Shown here: piece after piece, positions 52,600 to 63,587 of the stretch | How the letters are laid out: each line of letters starts with the position of its first letter | Position numbering within the stretch: the stretch's first letter is position 1 | DNA from: Octopus bimaculoides | Taxonomy: Eukaryota | Direction: 5' to 3' | Assembly: GCF_001194135.2 (NCBI RefSeq) | Contig: NC_068989.1 | Coordinates: 94,623,834 to 94,687,420 of the forward strand | DNA: 63,587 nucleotides | Notes under the pieces: model-generated | Seen by the model: only the letters and a program-made list of their open reading frames with translations | The model's database searches: none | What the model was told of the DNA's origin: nothing | Position numbers and translations under genes: made by a program

Positions 52600-52970
52600 C
52601 AAAATCTTTCTATGGTTTGTGTGCCTCGATGACCTTTAAAGAAGGCCAGCAAAGCGCCCTGTGCTGATGTGGTGGCTTGTGTGCCTCAGTAACCTATAGA
52701 GCAATGCCAGCGAAGTGCCAGCTCCTGGTAGGGGTTCCCATGCTGCACAAGATAATGGATACATGATATGGTAACATGAACCACCTCTTCCTAGAAGTAT
52801 AAATGGGTTGGCGTTGGGATTCAACACCTTTTCTAGAAAACAAAGTCAAAGGTACGGAAACATTGATGGCAATTCAAAGCAAACAAAACTTTGAGACAGC
52901 AAGGGAAAAAAACAGCACAGAATGGAGAATGGTGGAGAAAAGTCGAGAGAGAAGGACTAAAGTAATGGGA
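52600..52970 (+). mobile_element. RTE-like LINE 5' leader, probably fused to a 3' end (non-autonomous derivative)
   Basis: ggcttgtgtgcctcagtaacct...gagcaatgccagc...gctcctggtaggggttcccatg resembles RTE-clade 5' UTRs as I recall them. The start motif is duplicated at 52614 and 52674. Confidence 0.5.
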
Positions 52971-53897
52971 GCTGTGTATCAGGCAGGATATACTGAAAAA
53001 GACTTGTGAGAGGAAAATTTTTATACGGATTTATAAAAGTAAAGGAGCAAAACACGCTATAGATAACATGAAACGAAAATTTAACAAAACATTTAAAGTA
53101 AAATTTGAGAGGAAAGATTTCTTACGGCCAAAACCTGACAAGGAACCGATATCAAAGACAGTTCAAATGAAAAGACATCTTTACACCACGCCTTTCAGAA
53201 ATATAGAAGTGCAGGAGAAACACTTTCATGAAATGTAAATAAATTACATATACGGTTTGTGAATATAAATAGCAATAACAATTATTCATAAACTGGAAAT
53301 AGTAAGAGAATATATCAGAAAAGAATCTCACGTACCGTACGCACGTTGCAAATACGTTTTTAAACTAGAATCTTCAACATTTTTAGACACATCACATAAT
53401 CAACTTAGAAACTCTCAACAGAGTACGCCAGACCTCGTCACATAGATGCTTTATGCAGTTTCCTAGCGACAACAGGATTTTTTCTTATCAAACAAAAATA
53501 CGACTACAGCAAGACGAGGCAAAATATGGAGGAATTTCTATAAAATCATCACTACCACAATCATCGTGATCCTCATTTTCATTGTAGTCTTCTTCATCAT
53601 CGTCATCATCATTAGTTTAGTTACCTATCTTTCTTTCACTGCACAACGGATTGCTCTTTTGTATTCCTTAGGTACGTGCTGCGTTTCTTGCTCATATTTT
53701 CAAAGCATCTTAATGTATTTAACATACACGACAGCATCGCGAGATTTTGTGTGCTATATATTTCCTTTTTATTTATTTTTGTTTATCCACGTCTTTCTCT
53801 CCTTAAGATTTTTATCATGTTCATATCCATATCTATCTTCAAATCTATCTCTCCCTCCTTCTCTCTCTCTCTCTCACTTTCTTTCTTTCTCTCTTTC

Positions 53898-53961
<64 letters not shown>

Positions 53962-55759
53962 GTTATTAATTTTTTTATGAAGAATGTCTTTGTTTTTAAT
54001 CTTCACGTTTTAGCTACCTATTTTTTTAAACTTTATAAACAATAGTTTGTTGATATGTTGACATTTGCTTTTCAATTTCTTTGAGATTAGTATTGTCTCT
54101 TTTGAAAATGATGTATTGATTGCGAGACAGTTGTGATCCAATTTGTCTTTGGCAATAATATCTGGTTGATTTACTTTAAGCTCTCTGTCTGTAAGAGTGT
54201 GTAAAGATTCTCGACTTCGAAAATTCTATCCTGACAGTCCCAGATTATCGTAGTCACATTCCTGTCACATTCTATGTTTTGCACATGGCTCTACCATTTT
54301 CTCTCAGTTTGCTGACTTGATCAAGTCCGAGGAGATATATAGTTTCTGTTTCGGCAAGGTCCACTTAGAAACTATGTGGTCAAATGTTTCTCTATTCTCT
54401 TTATGTAATCCGCGGTTTGCGTTCACCTATTTTCTTTCTATTTCATATTTGTACTATTCTCTATATACATATATTTATTTATATATACACGCNNNNNNNN
54501 NNGTATGTATGTATGTATGTATGTATGCATGTATGCATGGATGGATAGATGAGTGGATGGTTGGATGGATGGATGGATAGATAGATGGATGGATGTACGT
54601 ATGTTGGTAATGGTGTCCGATTCCATCTGTAATGTTGGAATTATTTTCTCCTATACTACATTATAAATTTTTTAAAATGCTATTGAATTTCTCGCGTCGA
54701 CGCATTCCCTCTCATGTTAATTCCACTCCTCAATACTGTAGTCAATAATGTGTTATTATTTAAAAGAATTATTGATGCTTCCATAATTTTTGTTGAAGCA
54801 AAAGCTGTTGATAGTTTATAAACTTCATTATGTATAATTTTGAGATGTGACGCCTGCAGCATAATTGAATAAACTTAAGTATTAGAAGTTTATATATAGT
54901 AAAAAACATTGAAGCTAAAAGGAAACACATCTCTTCAACAAACGTATAGTACATTAGTCCTTAAAACCGAATGATAGCGAAATTATAAATATATCATTTT
55001 AGTGAGGAATTCCATGTCTGCATCGTTGTCACGATTGTGTCTGGTTAAGTACCATAAAGTATTTTAAGCAAACACTCGATAAAAACAAAAAAAAACATAC
55101 GTGTAAGGAGAGATTTTATATTTCTATTTTAGAAATGACAAAAACAATTTTTCTGCATATGGTCAAAGAAACTGGTTCCGCTCTCTTGGCAACGCAATTT
55201 AATAATAGCATTAAAACAAATGTTCTACATTGTGACCGACTGATTACATGCCATTGTACAAAAATAGAGACGACAAACAGATAAAAATATTTAATTGTAT
55301 TCTTTGTCATGATAGGCACATGATTATGTTTTCTGGATTACTAATATCATATTTAGTAACTGATACTAAATCAAGTTACTAAAATAAAACGTATGAAATC
55401 CTACACGTCTACTAATTAAAACCGGGAACAGCTAAATGCGTAATACATGGAGATAAAACCTATTCACATATTTTATTCAGTTGCAATATAAGGAGAGAAT
55501 GTGAACTATTTTGATTATATAAATAATGTTTAAATAGCAGATATTTCCATAAATAATGTCCGAGATCTGAGATAACTTTGTTCTTTTAAAATATCTGAAT
55601 AGAAACAACTTACATATTATTATGACACTGCGCTGTTGTCAAGTAACAATTTATGTCGTTACAATATAAATTAAGCATTCAGCTACTACTTTGATCCCCA
55701 CCACTTACAGATGGACGTGTGACGGAGCCTTTAAGACGTAGAACGCTCCGAGGGTTTAG

Positions 55760-56290
55760 AAACAGCAATAATGCATCGGAAACGATCTAAAATATTCTCA
55801 GTAGTTCTGGGGAAGACTGCTTTGAAGAAAGAATCCGTTGGGTGGTTTAGGAAGGGGGGTTTCACCTTGAAAGGTGCTCCACGAACAAGTCATCGAGTTC
55901 AGGTTCATGAAAACCTACTTTTGTCAAAACCTAAATAGCGGTTACGGTTGAAGAATTGGCAGAAAAGCTCAATTCAAGCTTTTCAAAAACTTGGCGTGAT
56001 GCACAATCTGGGAAAATGGATTCCTCGAAATTTGTCAGAAACCAACCATTCAGTATGAGCTGAACATCTCCATTTCTATGCATCCTCATAAAATAGTTTT
56101 ACCATTTCTGCACACATTGATGACTGATTATGAAAGATCGATCCTTTACAAGAATATCAAACGATGCGGAGAAAGGCTGAGAGAAGGTGAACTGGCTAAA
56201 ACACAACAGTAAATGAGATCTCCATCCCAGAAGGGAGCTGGTTAGATTTTAGTTTGATATCAATGGTGAGGTCCACTTTAAATTGTTCCC
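55760..56290 (+). mobile_element. Mariner transposase relic
   Basis: TVEELAEKLN, LGKWIPRNLSE, PFLHTLMTDYERSILYKNIKR, LHPRRE and FDINGEVHFKLFP (degenerate WVPHEL, TGDEKW-like and WD.KG motifs). Confidence 0.75.
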
Positions 56291-56329
56291 AGTTATTAAA
56301 GCAATGCTTAAACATTCTATGTTGCAGTG

Positions 56330-56760
56330 CTTGCGCGAATAAGTGCAGGTTTTGGGCTGCGATATTATCAGAGGCGTTGGCTTTGTTGGTTTAAAGTGAT
56401 CGGTGTATTTTCATATTTGGCGTGAATGTGTGCATGGTAGCTAGCATTTTGGTGTGGATTAGGATCATTTTGAAGGAGATTTACGTTGTATGGGTAATAA
56501 AATGCATTGTTAAACGTGAAGTGTGATGGGTATATTCTCTCGCTTCAGTAATACTCCTTACAGAATCATCATTGTTAAAAGCTGGAAGAAAGGAGGATTC
56601 ATACACTTGAAACACGGAAATAATCCGTTGTAGTTTGGGGAGTAGGAGGGGTTCAGAGATTTTCCATGCACGGTGTCAATCTTCACGTTATGAATGTGGT
56701 TCTTGTATGACTTCTGTTGATAGAGAAAAGCCATCCACTCCGTGATGATGTCTGGTTTTC
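56330..56760 (-). mobile_element. Penelope-like element relic (RT C-terminus and linker)
   Basis: Frameshifted remnants STEVYKNH, YS(Q).LQRIIS, NVNLLQNDP and YRSPKP.LIRAS occur in the order expected for the PLE RT-thumb/linker. Confidence 0.45.
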
Positions 56761-57986
56761 TTCAAGCATTATTCCACAAATCTTTTTCTTAAACTACTAT
56801 ATCAATAAGTGATCTACTTCCGGGATAAATCTAGCAGAACCTCACCGCAACGCGTTGCTACATGTGTATAAATGTGGTGCATATTCGAGATAAAGCAATG
56901 CTGAAGGTGATGTATTTTACTGGAATCGTTGTTTTGAGGCGAGAAAGATAGAGGATTTAAGACTCTCTGTATGGCCGTCAGTGATGTGTGTAACAGGTAA
57001 AAATTATGCAAGATACTGAGAACTGCAATAAATTTGTATTCTGTATTGGTGATGCCAGTGGGAAAGTGGTGCTATTGTCACGAGGCATTATAAGTGTTGT
57101 AATTAGAAAGGGCGACGATCTGACAAAAAGATGAAGTCTTCGGTGTTATAAGTGCATTTAATGCAGAAATAAATGTGATCTAAGTTGAAGCTGTTCAATA
57201 CATTTTGCCGGGAAAACCTGCCGACATATAAACCAGGGACTGAATCACTTTGTATCTCTTAAATAAGTATCTTTTTGTCGATGTAACTTTTACCAACCAT
57301 GGCGTCTTTCAGAGAGACACGAACAATGACTTTGCAGCTTCAAAATCGACGGAGCATCTTAAACTGTCACTTATGCGCATGCTATGAGCATAAGAGCATG
57401 GCTGTAGAGTTGAATATCTTGTCCCAAACTTCAAAGGTTGTAAAAATGTGGCCCTGTGAAGTGTTGAATAAATATATTGACTTTAAATTTGTATTGTATT
57501 TCGAAATGAAATGACATTATGCAAAAGGTATTTAACCATTTGAAAAATCCCGTCTCTTTTCAATGTGTTTGTTTCTTCTTTTTTTTTTGACATTTTCTTT
57601 GCTTGATTCTATGAGAAAGAGTAACGTCCATAAACATTTTGAAGACTTTTGAGACTGAGGTGGATTTCATCTTCAGATCGAATGCCTACGTGATTGTTTG
57701 CAACAGAGTATCACTGCTAAGGTCATCAAATGAACAAATGGAGTACTGAGACGGTCGTTATATCAAGTTCTACCATATTTGGACAGCTACAGGCACCAGC
57801 AAAGTGATAATCTTGGACAAATATTCCGTCTAAACAAATTTCTTCCACCTTTCATTCTGTTCAATCCGAAGCTTTCATGGAAAGTGCAATACGATTTAAG
57901 GAAAACCTTGGAGCTGTAATACAGACATTCCTAAAACACCCAGTCATGTTTGCGTCCATATTATTATCAGTATTCAATTTCAATTT

Positions 57987-58122
57987 CAAATTCCGCCGAG
58001 GTCGACTTTACCTTTCATCCTTTCAAGAACGATAAATTAAGTACCAGTTGCGTACTGAGGTCCATCTAATCGACTGTCCTTCTCCCCCAAAATTTCGGGC
58101 CTTGTGCCTAGAGTAGAAAAGA
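57987..58122 (+). mobile_element. SINE family A 3' part
   Basis: ttcaaattccgccgaggtcgactttacctttcatcc...aagtaccagttgcgtactg...ggccttgtgcctagagtagaaaag. Confidence 0.9.
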
Positions 58123-58974
58123 ATATTGAATTCTAATGCACAATATTCGCGTTAGTCTCAACATTATTTGAAGTAGTTATGTTCTTTTCCAAACAATATT
58201 CTCATCCGATCAACATCTCGCACTGAATATATTATTGATTCCAATTCGTTTATACTTAACATTATGCTGCGTGATTAAACCAGGTTTTCGTGAAGCCAAC
58301 TCCTTAAACTAACCACATAGCCATGTCTCTGTCCATATTATTTTCGATATTAAATTTTAATACACCACTCTCAAGTCAGATTTACCATTATTTCAAGACA
58401 CTTTCTTTCTTTCAAGGAAATATACTTGTCAAATAAACAACCGACATCGATTAATTGATCGATTGTGATTGACTGGTATTTGACATTCTCTTGTTTACCT
58501 CTGATTTTTATATTTCTAACATAACCAAATAACTATAACAACCAATACTCGTGTTATTTATTATTCAAACACTCGTATGCTATTATCTGTTTTGCCTTTT
58601 TTGTCGAAATTCGATAACTTGCATAAAAGTAAAATACAGTAAGTTATTTATACAACTTCCTAAAACGAATTTAGGTTTCACTTAATTCTAACTCGGTTAC
58701 TCTGTGTATTTTATGTTATTGGTAAGTGTAATTTCAAATTATAGCTCTGTATTGAGTATTATAACTGCCAGATGCAAAAGTCGGTTTCTAATTCGTTTTT
58801 ATGTAATAACATATAAATTACATAAAAGGTGTGAATGATTCTGTTCATTTATCGAAAATATGACAACTTTTATACAAAAACATTGAACAGAACACATTTT
58901 ATCTCATCATAAAAAGGAAACCGAAACATAATTTAAAACGTTTTTTTTTTATTATTTATTTATATATTTATTTA

Positions 58975-58990
58975 TAGTTCTCTCTCTCCC

Positions 58991-59042
<52 letters not shown>
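58975..59042. repeat. (CT)n microsatellite
   Basis: Direct reading. Confidence 0.95.
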
Positions 59043-59049
<7 letters not shown>

Positions 59050-59554
59050 TTATTGATTTCTATCGTTTTATTATTTTTTCTTTATAAATATTAATGGTTC
59101 TGATTATTAAAAATATAATTTTCTCCGTGGTCGTGTTTGCTAGGTCAGTAAATATGTCAGTTAGCGGTGATTGCAGATATCATTTGTATTGTTCTTGTCG
59201 ATGTTGTTGCTTATTTTTGAAGCTAACGTTGATAGCAGCAATCAACTTTTGTAGTGTGTATTTCATGTCTACATTGTTTTCATAACTGACTTCACAGCAA
59301 TGAAAACTAACCAATAATCAGCTCTAATTCTTCATACTCTATAACATTGTTTTGTTTACTTTCGCTGTGTGCGTGTTTTTATTTTAATAATATTTTCTCT
59401 TTCTGTGTTCTGCCCATACACAAACGGCTTCTGCATGGCGCCACAGTACTGGCCGAAACTATCGAAGTTAGTGTTGAATTATCCACTGAACTCCAACCCG
59501 ACTTTGAGCAAGTGGGATTACTTTGTTTTTTTTTGTTTATGTTGTTGGTGTTTT

Positions 59555-59598
<44 letters not shown>

Positions 59599-61159
59599 TG
59601 CTTATGTGTGTGTACGCGCGTTTGTCTGTGTGTGTCTAAGGGAAAATTTGGCTCCTGATGCAGGAGAATAAGAAAACTCAGGTTTAGTGGCGCTACAAGC
59701 ATAACTTCATTAATTTTTTTTTAAATCATAAAGTAATGTAGAATAAGAATGTAATAATGTTAAAATAATACCATAATGAAAGAAAAATATTAATGGGAAT
59801 TTTATCCATTATCGACAAAGAAAAATGAGATTTGAAAGAGTTATTAGATAAATTAGAAAGAGACGGTAAATATTCATTTAATGCATTCTCAAAATATTTG
59901 TGTTGCCAAAGCGTTGGTGTGGAATAATCAGTAGAGTTCTATACAAAATTCCTTGTGGTATTTAGTGACATCCCTTTATGTTCAGAGTTCGTATTCCACC
60001 GGGATTGAAGTTGCCTTTCAATATTCCGTAACCGATAATATAATTACTAATCAAGTAAATACAGATGTTAATATATTAAGGACACTTTTCCACAGTCTGT
60101 TGCCTTGTACTTATGAGACAAATCCCAATATATCTGAATTACAAATCAAAGATGAAATAACTAGACTGAAGGACTAGGCTGAGTCTTAGTTAAGTTTCCT
60201 GGAGTTTTAGCTTCAAATCCCACAAAGGCTAAATAGGCTTTCAGCTATTCAGAGTCGATAAAATAAATAAATAATTGCAAATTAGTTGCATAGATTGAAT
60301 CTGCAGTATTTCCAAAACGTGTTGGCTTTGTGCCCCCTTTATGAATTACTACAACGGCACTGGTTAAGGTAAGCGTGGCCGAAATTAAACTTGCACAAAT
60401 CGAAACTTTCATTGGTTACAATACAAAATCAATTTTTATTCACTCCACTCAAACCGTTTATAGCATACTTCCAGCCCATTGCTTCGTAAAGTTTGATTAC
60501 TGCATTTAAGTTATGTTAATGTTTTTACTGAACATATCTATTTTGTCGCTGAAGAGAATGGTGCGCCCAAAAAATAAATTGTGAAGGAATGCCTTACAAA
60601 CTCCGAATCTGCATTCTTAAATATAAAAAAAATTAAATAACTATGCTATAATATATATATANNNNNNNNNNNNNNNNNNNNNNNNNNNNNNNNNNNNNNN
60701 NNNNNNNNNNNNNNNNNNNNNNNNNNNNNNNNNNNNNNNNNNNNNNNNNNNNNNNNNNNNTATATATTATTTTTACAATGATATACATAGAAAATACGCA
60801 GAAGCATGGAGTATATTCATATGTATCTTCTTTACAAGCAGATTGGAAACGCATATGAAATATTCATTCATTTCATTCTCAAGTGACTATACGTAAAGGT
60901 TAAAATTTATTTTTCCGTTTCGGTTTATGCATGAAAATGTTAAATCATACTTTAATATAACATACCACATCATAAATATTTTTGCACTGTGCAGAAGAAA
61001 TTGCAGAAGAAATTTTTATTTTAAGGAGTGCCTTATCTGCTGGCGAGAGTTTCAGCAATGCACAGATGTTCCTGAATGCAAAAACAAACTGTATGTTTAC
61101 AAAAACAAATTCAATTTTATACTACATAAATCTTTAGAGGTACAAGATCTGAAACGTTG

Positions 61160-61910
61160 AGGGTAAGAATAAGTCAACCTCCCCACACACACACACCCAA
61201 GTGCTCAACTGTTACTTATTTTAACGACCGCGTTGGGTAAAAAGCAAAGTCTGACTTGGCGGAATTTGAAAATCAACACTTTATTTTATTTAATTAATTA
61301 ATTAATTAAAGTTTCTTTCCTCTTGAATAAAAGCATTTTAATTCAATGACTCATAGACAACTTCCACCTTTTGCTATACTATTGATGTGACATTTTAGGA
61401 CAAGGCCGGAAATTTCGGGAGAGCAGCCAAGTTGACTATGTTGACACCGGTTCTCAAGAAGTATTTATTTTGTCGATTTTTGAAAGAATGAAGGGCAAAG
61501 TCGATCCCGGCAAAGCGGAAACTCAGAACGTGAAGACACACGAAATGCCGTCCTTTCGAAACAACATCGAAATTTATATCCTATTAAGGGTTTAATGACA
61601 ACACTGGAAATTTATTATCGATCATATCTTTCAGCTACATTTTATGTCGCAAAAATACTACAAAACAATTCCATTGACCTTCATAACAACATCTAAACTT
61701 GCTGAGAGGGTTTCTCAGTTTACTTATATCACCAAGTTTCATTTACTACCTGTAATGTTTGTTTAAGTACTTCATTCTCATTTCACCAGTAAAGAGCTGC
61801 ACACTTAATGAGGGGCGCAACTGGTACTTAATTTATCGACCCCGAAAGGATGAAAGGCAAAGTCGATCTCGGCGGAATTTGAACTCAGAACGTAACGGCA
61901 GAAGAAATAT
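61160..61910 (-). mobile_element. Cluster of three SINE family A fragments (61160-61270, 61395-61550, 61785-61909)
   Basis: Each carries aaggcaaagtcga...cggcggaatttgaactcagaacg or a variant. Confidence 0.82.
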
Positions 61911-62049
61911 CAATTTCTTTATTGCCCACAGGGGGTCAAACACAGAAATGGACAAAACAACTGATTGGGATCAGTAATACGTTAGGATTTTACATAAAAT
62001 GTGAATATAAAAATTATATGAAATATTAAAAAAACGACTGAAATTAACA

Positions 62050-63587
62050 ATACAGAGACAACACAAATGTAGCGATGATCAGGCCACGCTCCGACCCCAC
62101 AAGCCCTGATCTATCGCTGGTACCTTTTTTTGTTCTTGTTTTATAGCCTGTTCACACGGTTCCTTGCACGCACAACACTCGTGCAACATGCTTCCATCTC
62201 TTTTGGAACGTACACTCCGACAGACACCTCTTCTCCAGCCACACTTTCCTTTTCAAATGAAAAGTAAAAAATGATCGTAAATCGTGACCGGAGATAAAGT
62301 TGCCTGTTTTAATCCCTTTTATCCTAGTCTTCCATACTATCTCTTTCGCTATTGCTACAACCGTGAGAAAATAATTCTTACCTTCGTTCGTTAAAACTCC
62401 CGGTGGGTCAATTTTTATAATTGACTCATTCGACAGCTATGGTGGCAATCCAATCTCATCATCGACACCGACTTTATATACGTGTTAGATAATACATTAT
62501 GGGTTTTGTTATCCATTTCGTGGAACTCGTAGGTCTTATATTTATCAGAAAATTCTGCAATCCTAGTGGCTGAATTTTTCGCTTTTATTTCTCTCATTAA
62601 ATCTTCGTTTTTGCAGTGTAACGCGACTATCCCTCTGTCTTCTGCTTCCTTTCTGACTATTTTTGGTTTGTCTATTTTCGCAGGTTTTTTTTTTTGTTCT
62701 TAGTTCCACCTGTTTGTGTTCATTTGTCTTTTCCATTTTTCTCTTCTTGTTAATTGCCTTCTTTTCTTTTGTTTTTCTTTCTCTCTCCTCATCTTCACCA
62801 TCGGATCTTCCTCGCCGTTTCTACAGTGTTGTATTTTTTTATATGGCCCAGCTGGCCACACTGGGAACATCGGGGCTTACGGTCCTCGATGAATACGTTA
62901 AAGCATTCCTCCCCAATTTCTATTTTTTCCGATTACTGTTCTAAAATTGACTGTTCTGCTTGTATTAGGAGGTGAACCGTTTAACCGGTCCAATAGGCCT
63001 TTTCTGTGACGATATCCTGAAGGGGAGTTATATTATCTTCCCTTTTTGCGAGGACTGCAACCATCAACCACATAGGGTCTACTTGAGGTGGGACTCTTGG
63101 TATACGTATCTTTGACGTCACATTTCTATTTATATTGGAATCAAAACAACGTCCTTCGTTTCTAAAGTTTTAACTGAGTGCATTTGTGCAGTTTCTATAT
63201 CTTTTAATCGTACTTCGATAGTACCAAACTTCTTCCCTTTGGCTAGGTATGTGATATCCTGCCATATGGGTTTCAAGCACTTCTCAACTTTCTCTTCGCT
63301 CACTCGATCACTTTTTTCCCCTTTAGACAGTAAGATTTACAAATAATTCTTTTTTCTTTTTTCTAACATTAATAGTTCTTCCGGGGTTGAACTTTCACAA
63401 CACCGTTTTCAATTATTATCATATCTTTGTACTTTATCAGGTCATTTTTGTCTGTCGACAGCTGGCGGGTTCCGCCTCCTTCCGCCGACGCAAAATTTCT
63501 TTTTTGTCTATTTTCTTCTGTTTGAAAGCTTTTCACGTCAATATACCTCTTTGAAACAGTACACGTTGATGGTTGGAGAAATTCACT
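62050..63587 (-). mobile_element. L1/Tx1-like LINE derivative: degenerate ORF1 with zinc knuckle joined to an ORF2 C-terminus
   Basis: Minus strand gives KFGTIEVRLKDIETAQ, RIPRVPPQV and FIEDRKPRCSQCGQLGHIKK (knuckle at about 62840-62870). About 430 bp later it gives LSNESIIKIDPP...FLTVVAIAKEIVWKTRIKG...FHLKRKVWLEKRCLS...KRWKHVA* (62415-62152). Confidence 0.7.

Overview
AT-rich, microsatellite-dense animal genomic DNA with ten N-gaps, most next to simple repeats, as in a short-read draft assembly. The SINE families and repeat style point to a coleoid cephalopod, probably Octopus (inference). I can recognise no complete host gene, RNA gene or CRISPR array, and almost all listed ORFs are microsatellite or gap artefacts. 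The window is a transposon graveyard. It holds several R4/Dong-clade LINE fragments plus a non-coding repeat sitting in (TAA)n tracts (1-4.4 kb, 9.8-10.6 kb), an RTE LINE fragment, three mariner relics, a Tigger-like MITE and a 375-bp foldback element. It also holds a Penelope-like relic, an L1/Tx1-like ORF1 joined to an ORF2 C-terminus, and over 25 tRNA-derived SINE copies from at least three families. One plausible host coding exon lies on the minus strand at about 31.9-32.2 kb in a CpG-rich unique island. The most interesting object is a complete 351-bp insertion at 34222-34572. It has a tRNA-type Pol III head, a Penelope-type minimal hammerhead ribozyme (G5A mutated in this copy), an inverted 5' copy of its tail and a 12-bp target-site duplication, so it looks like a ribozyme-bearing SINE mobilised by Penelope-like elements.
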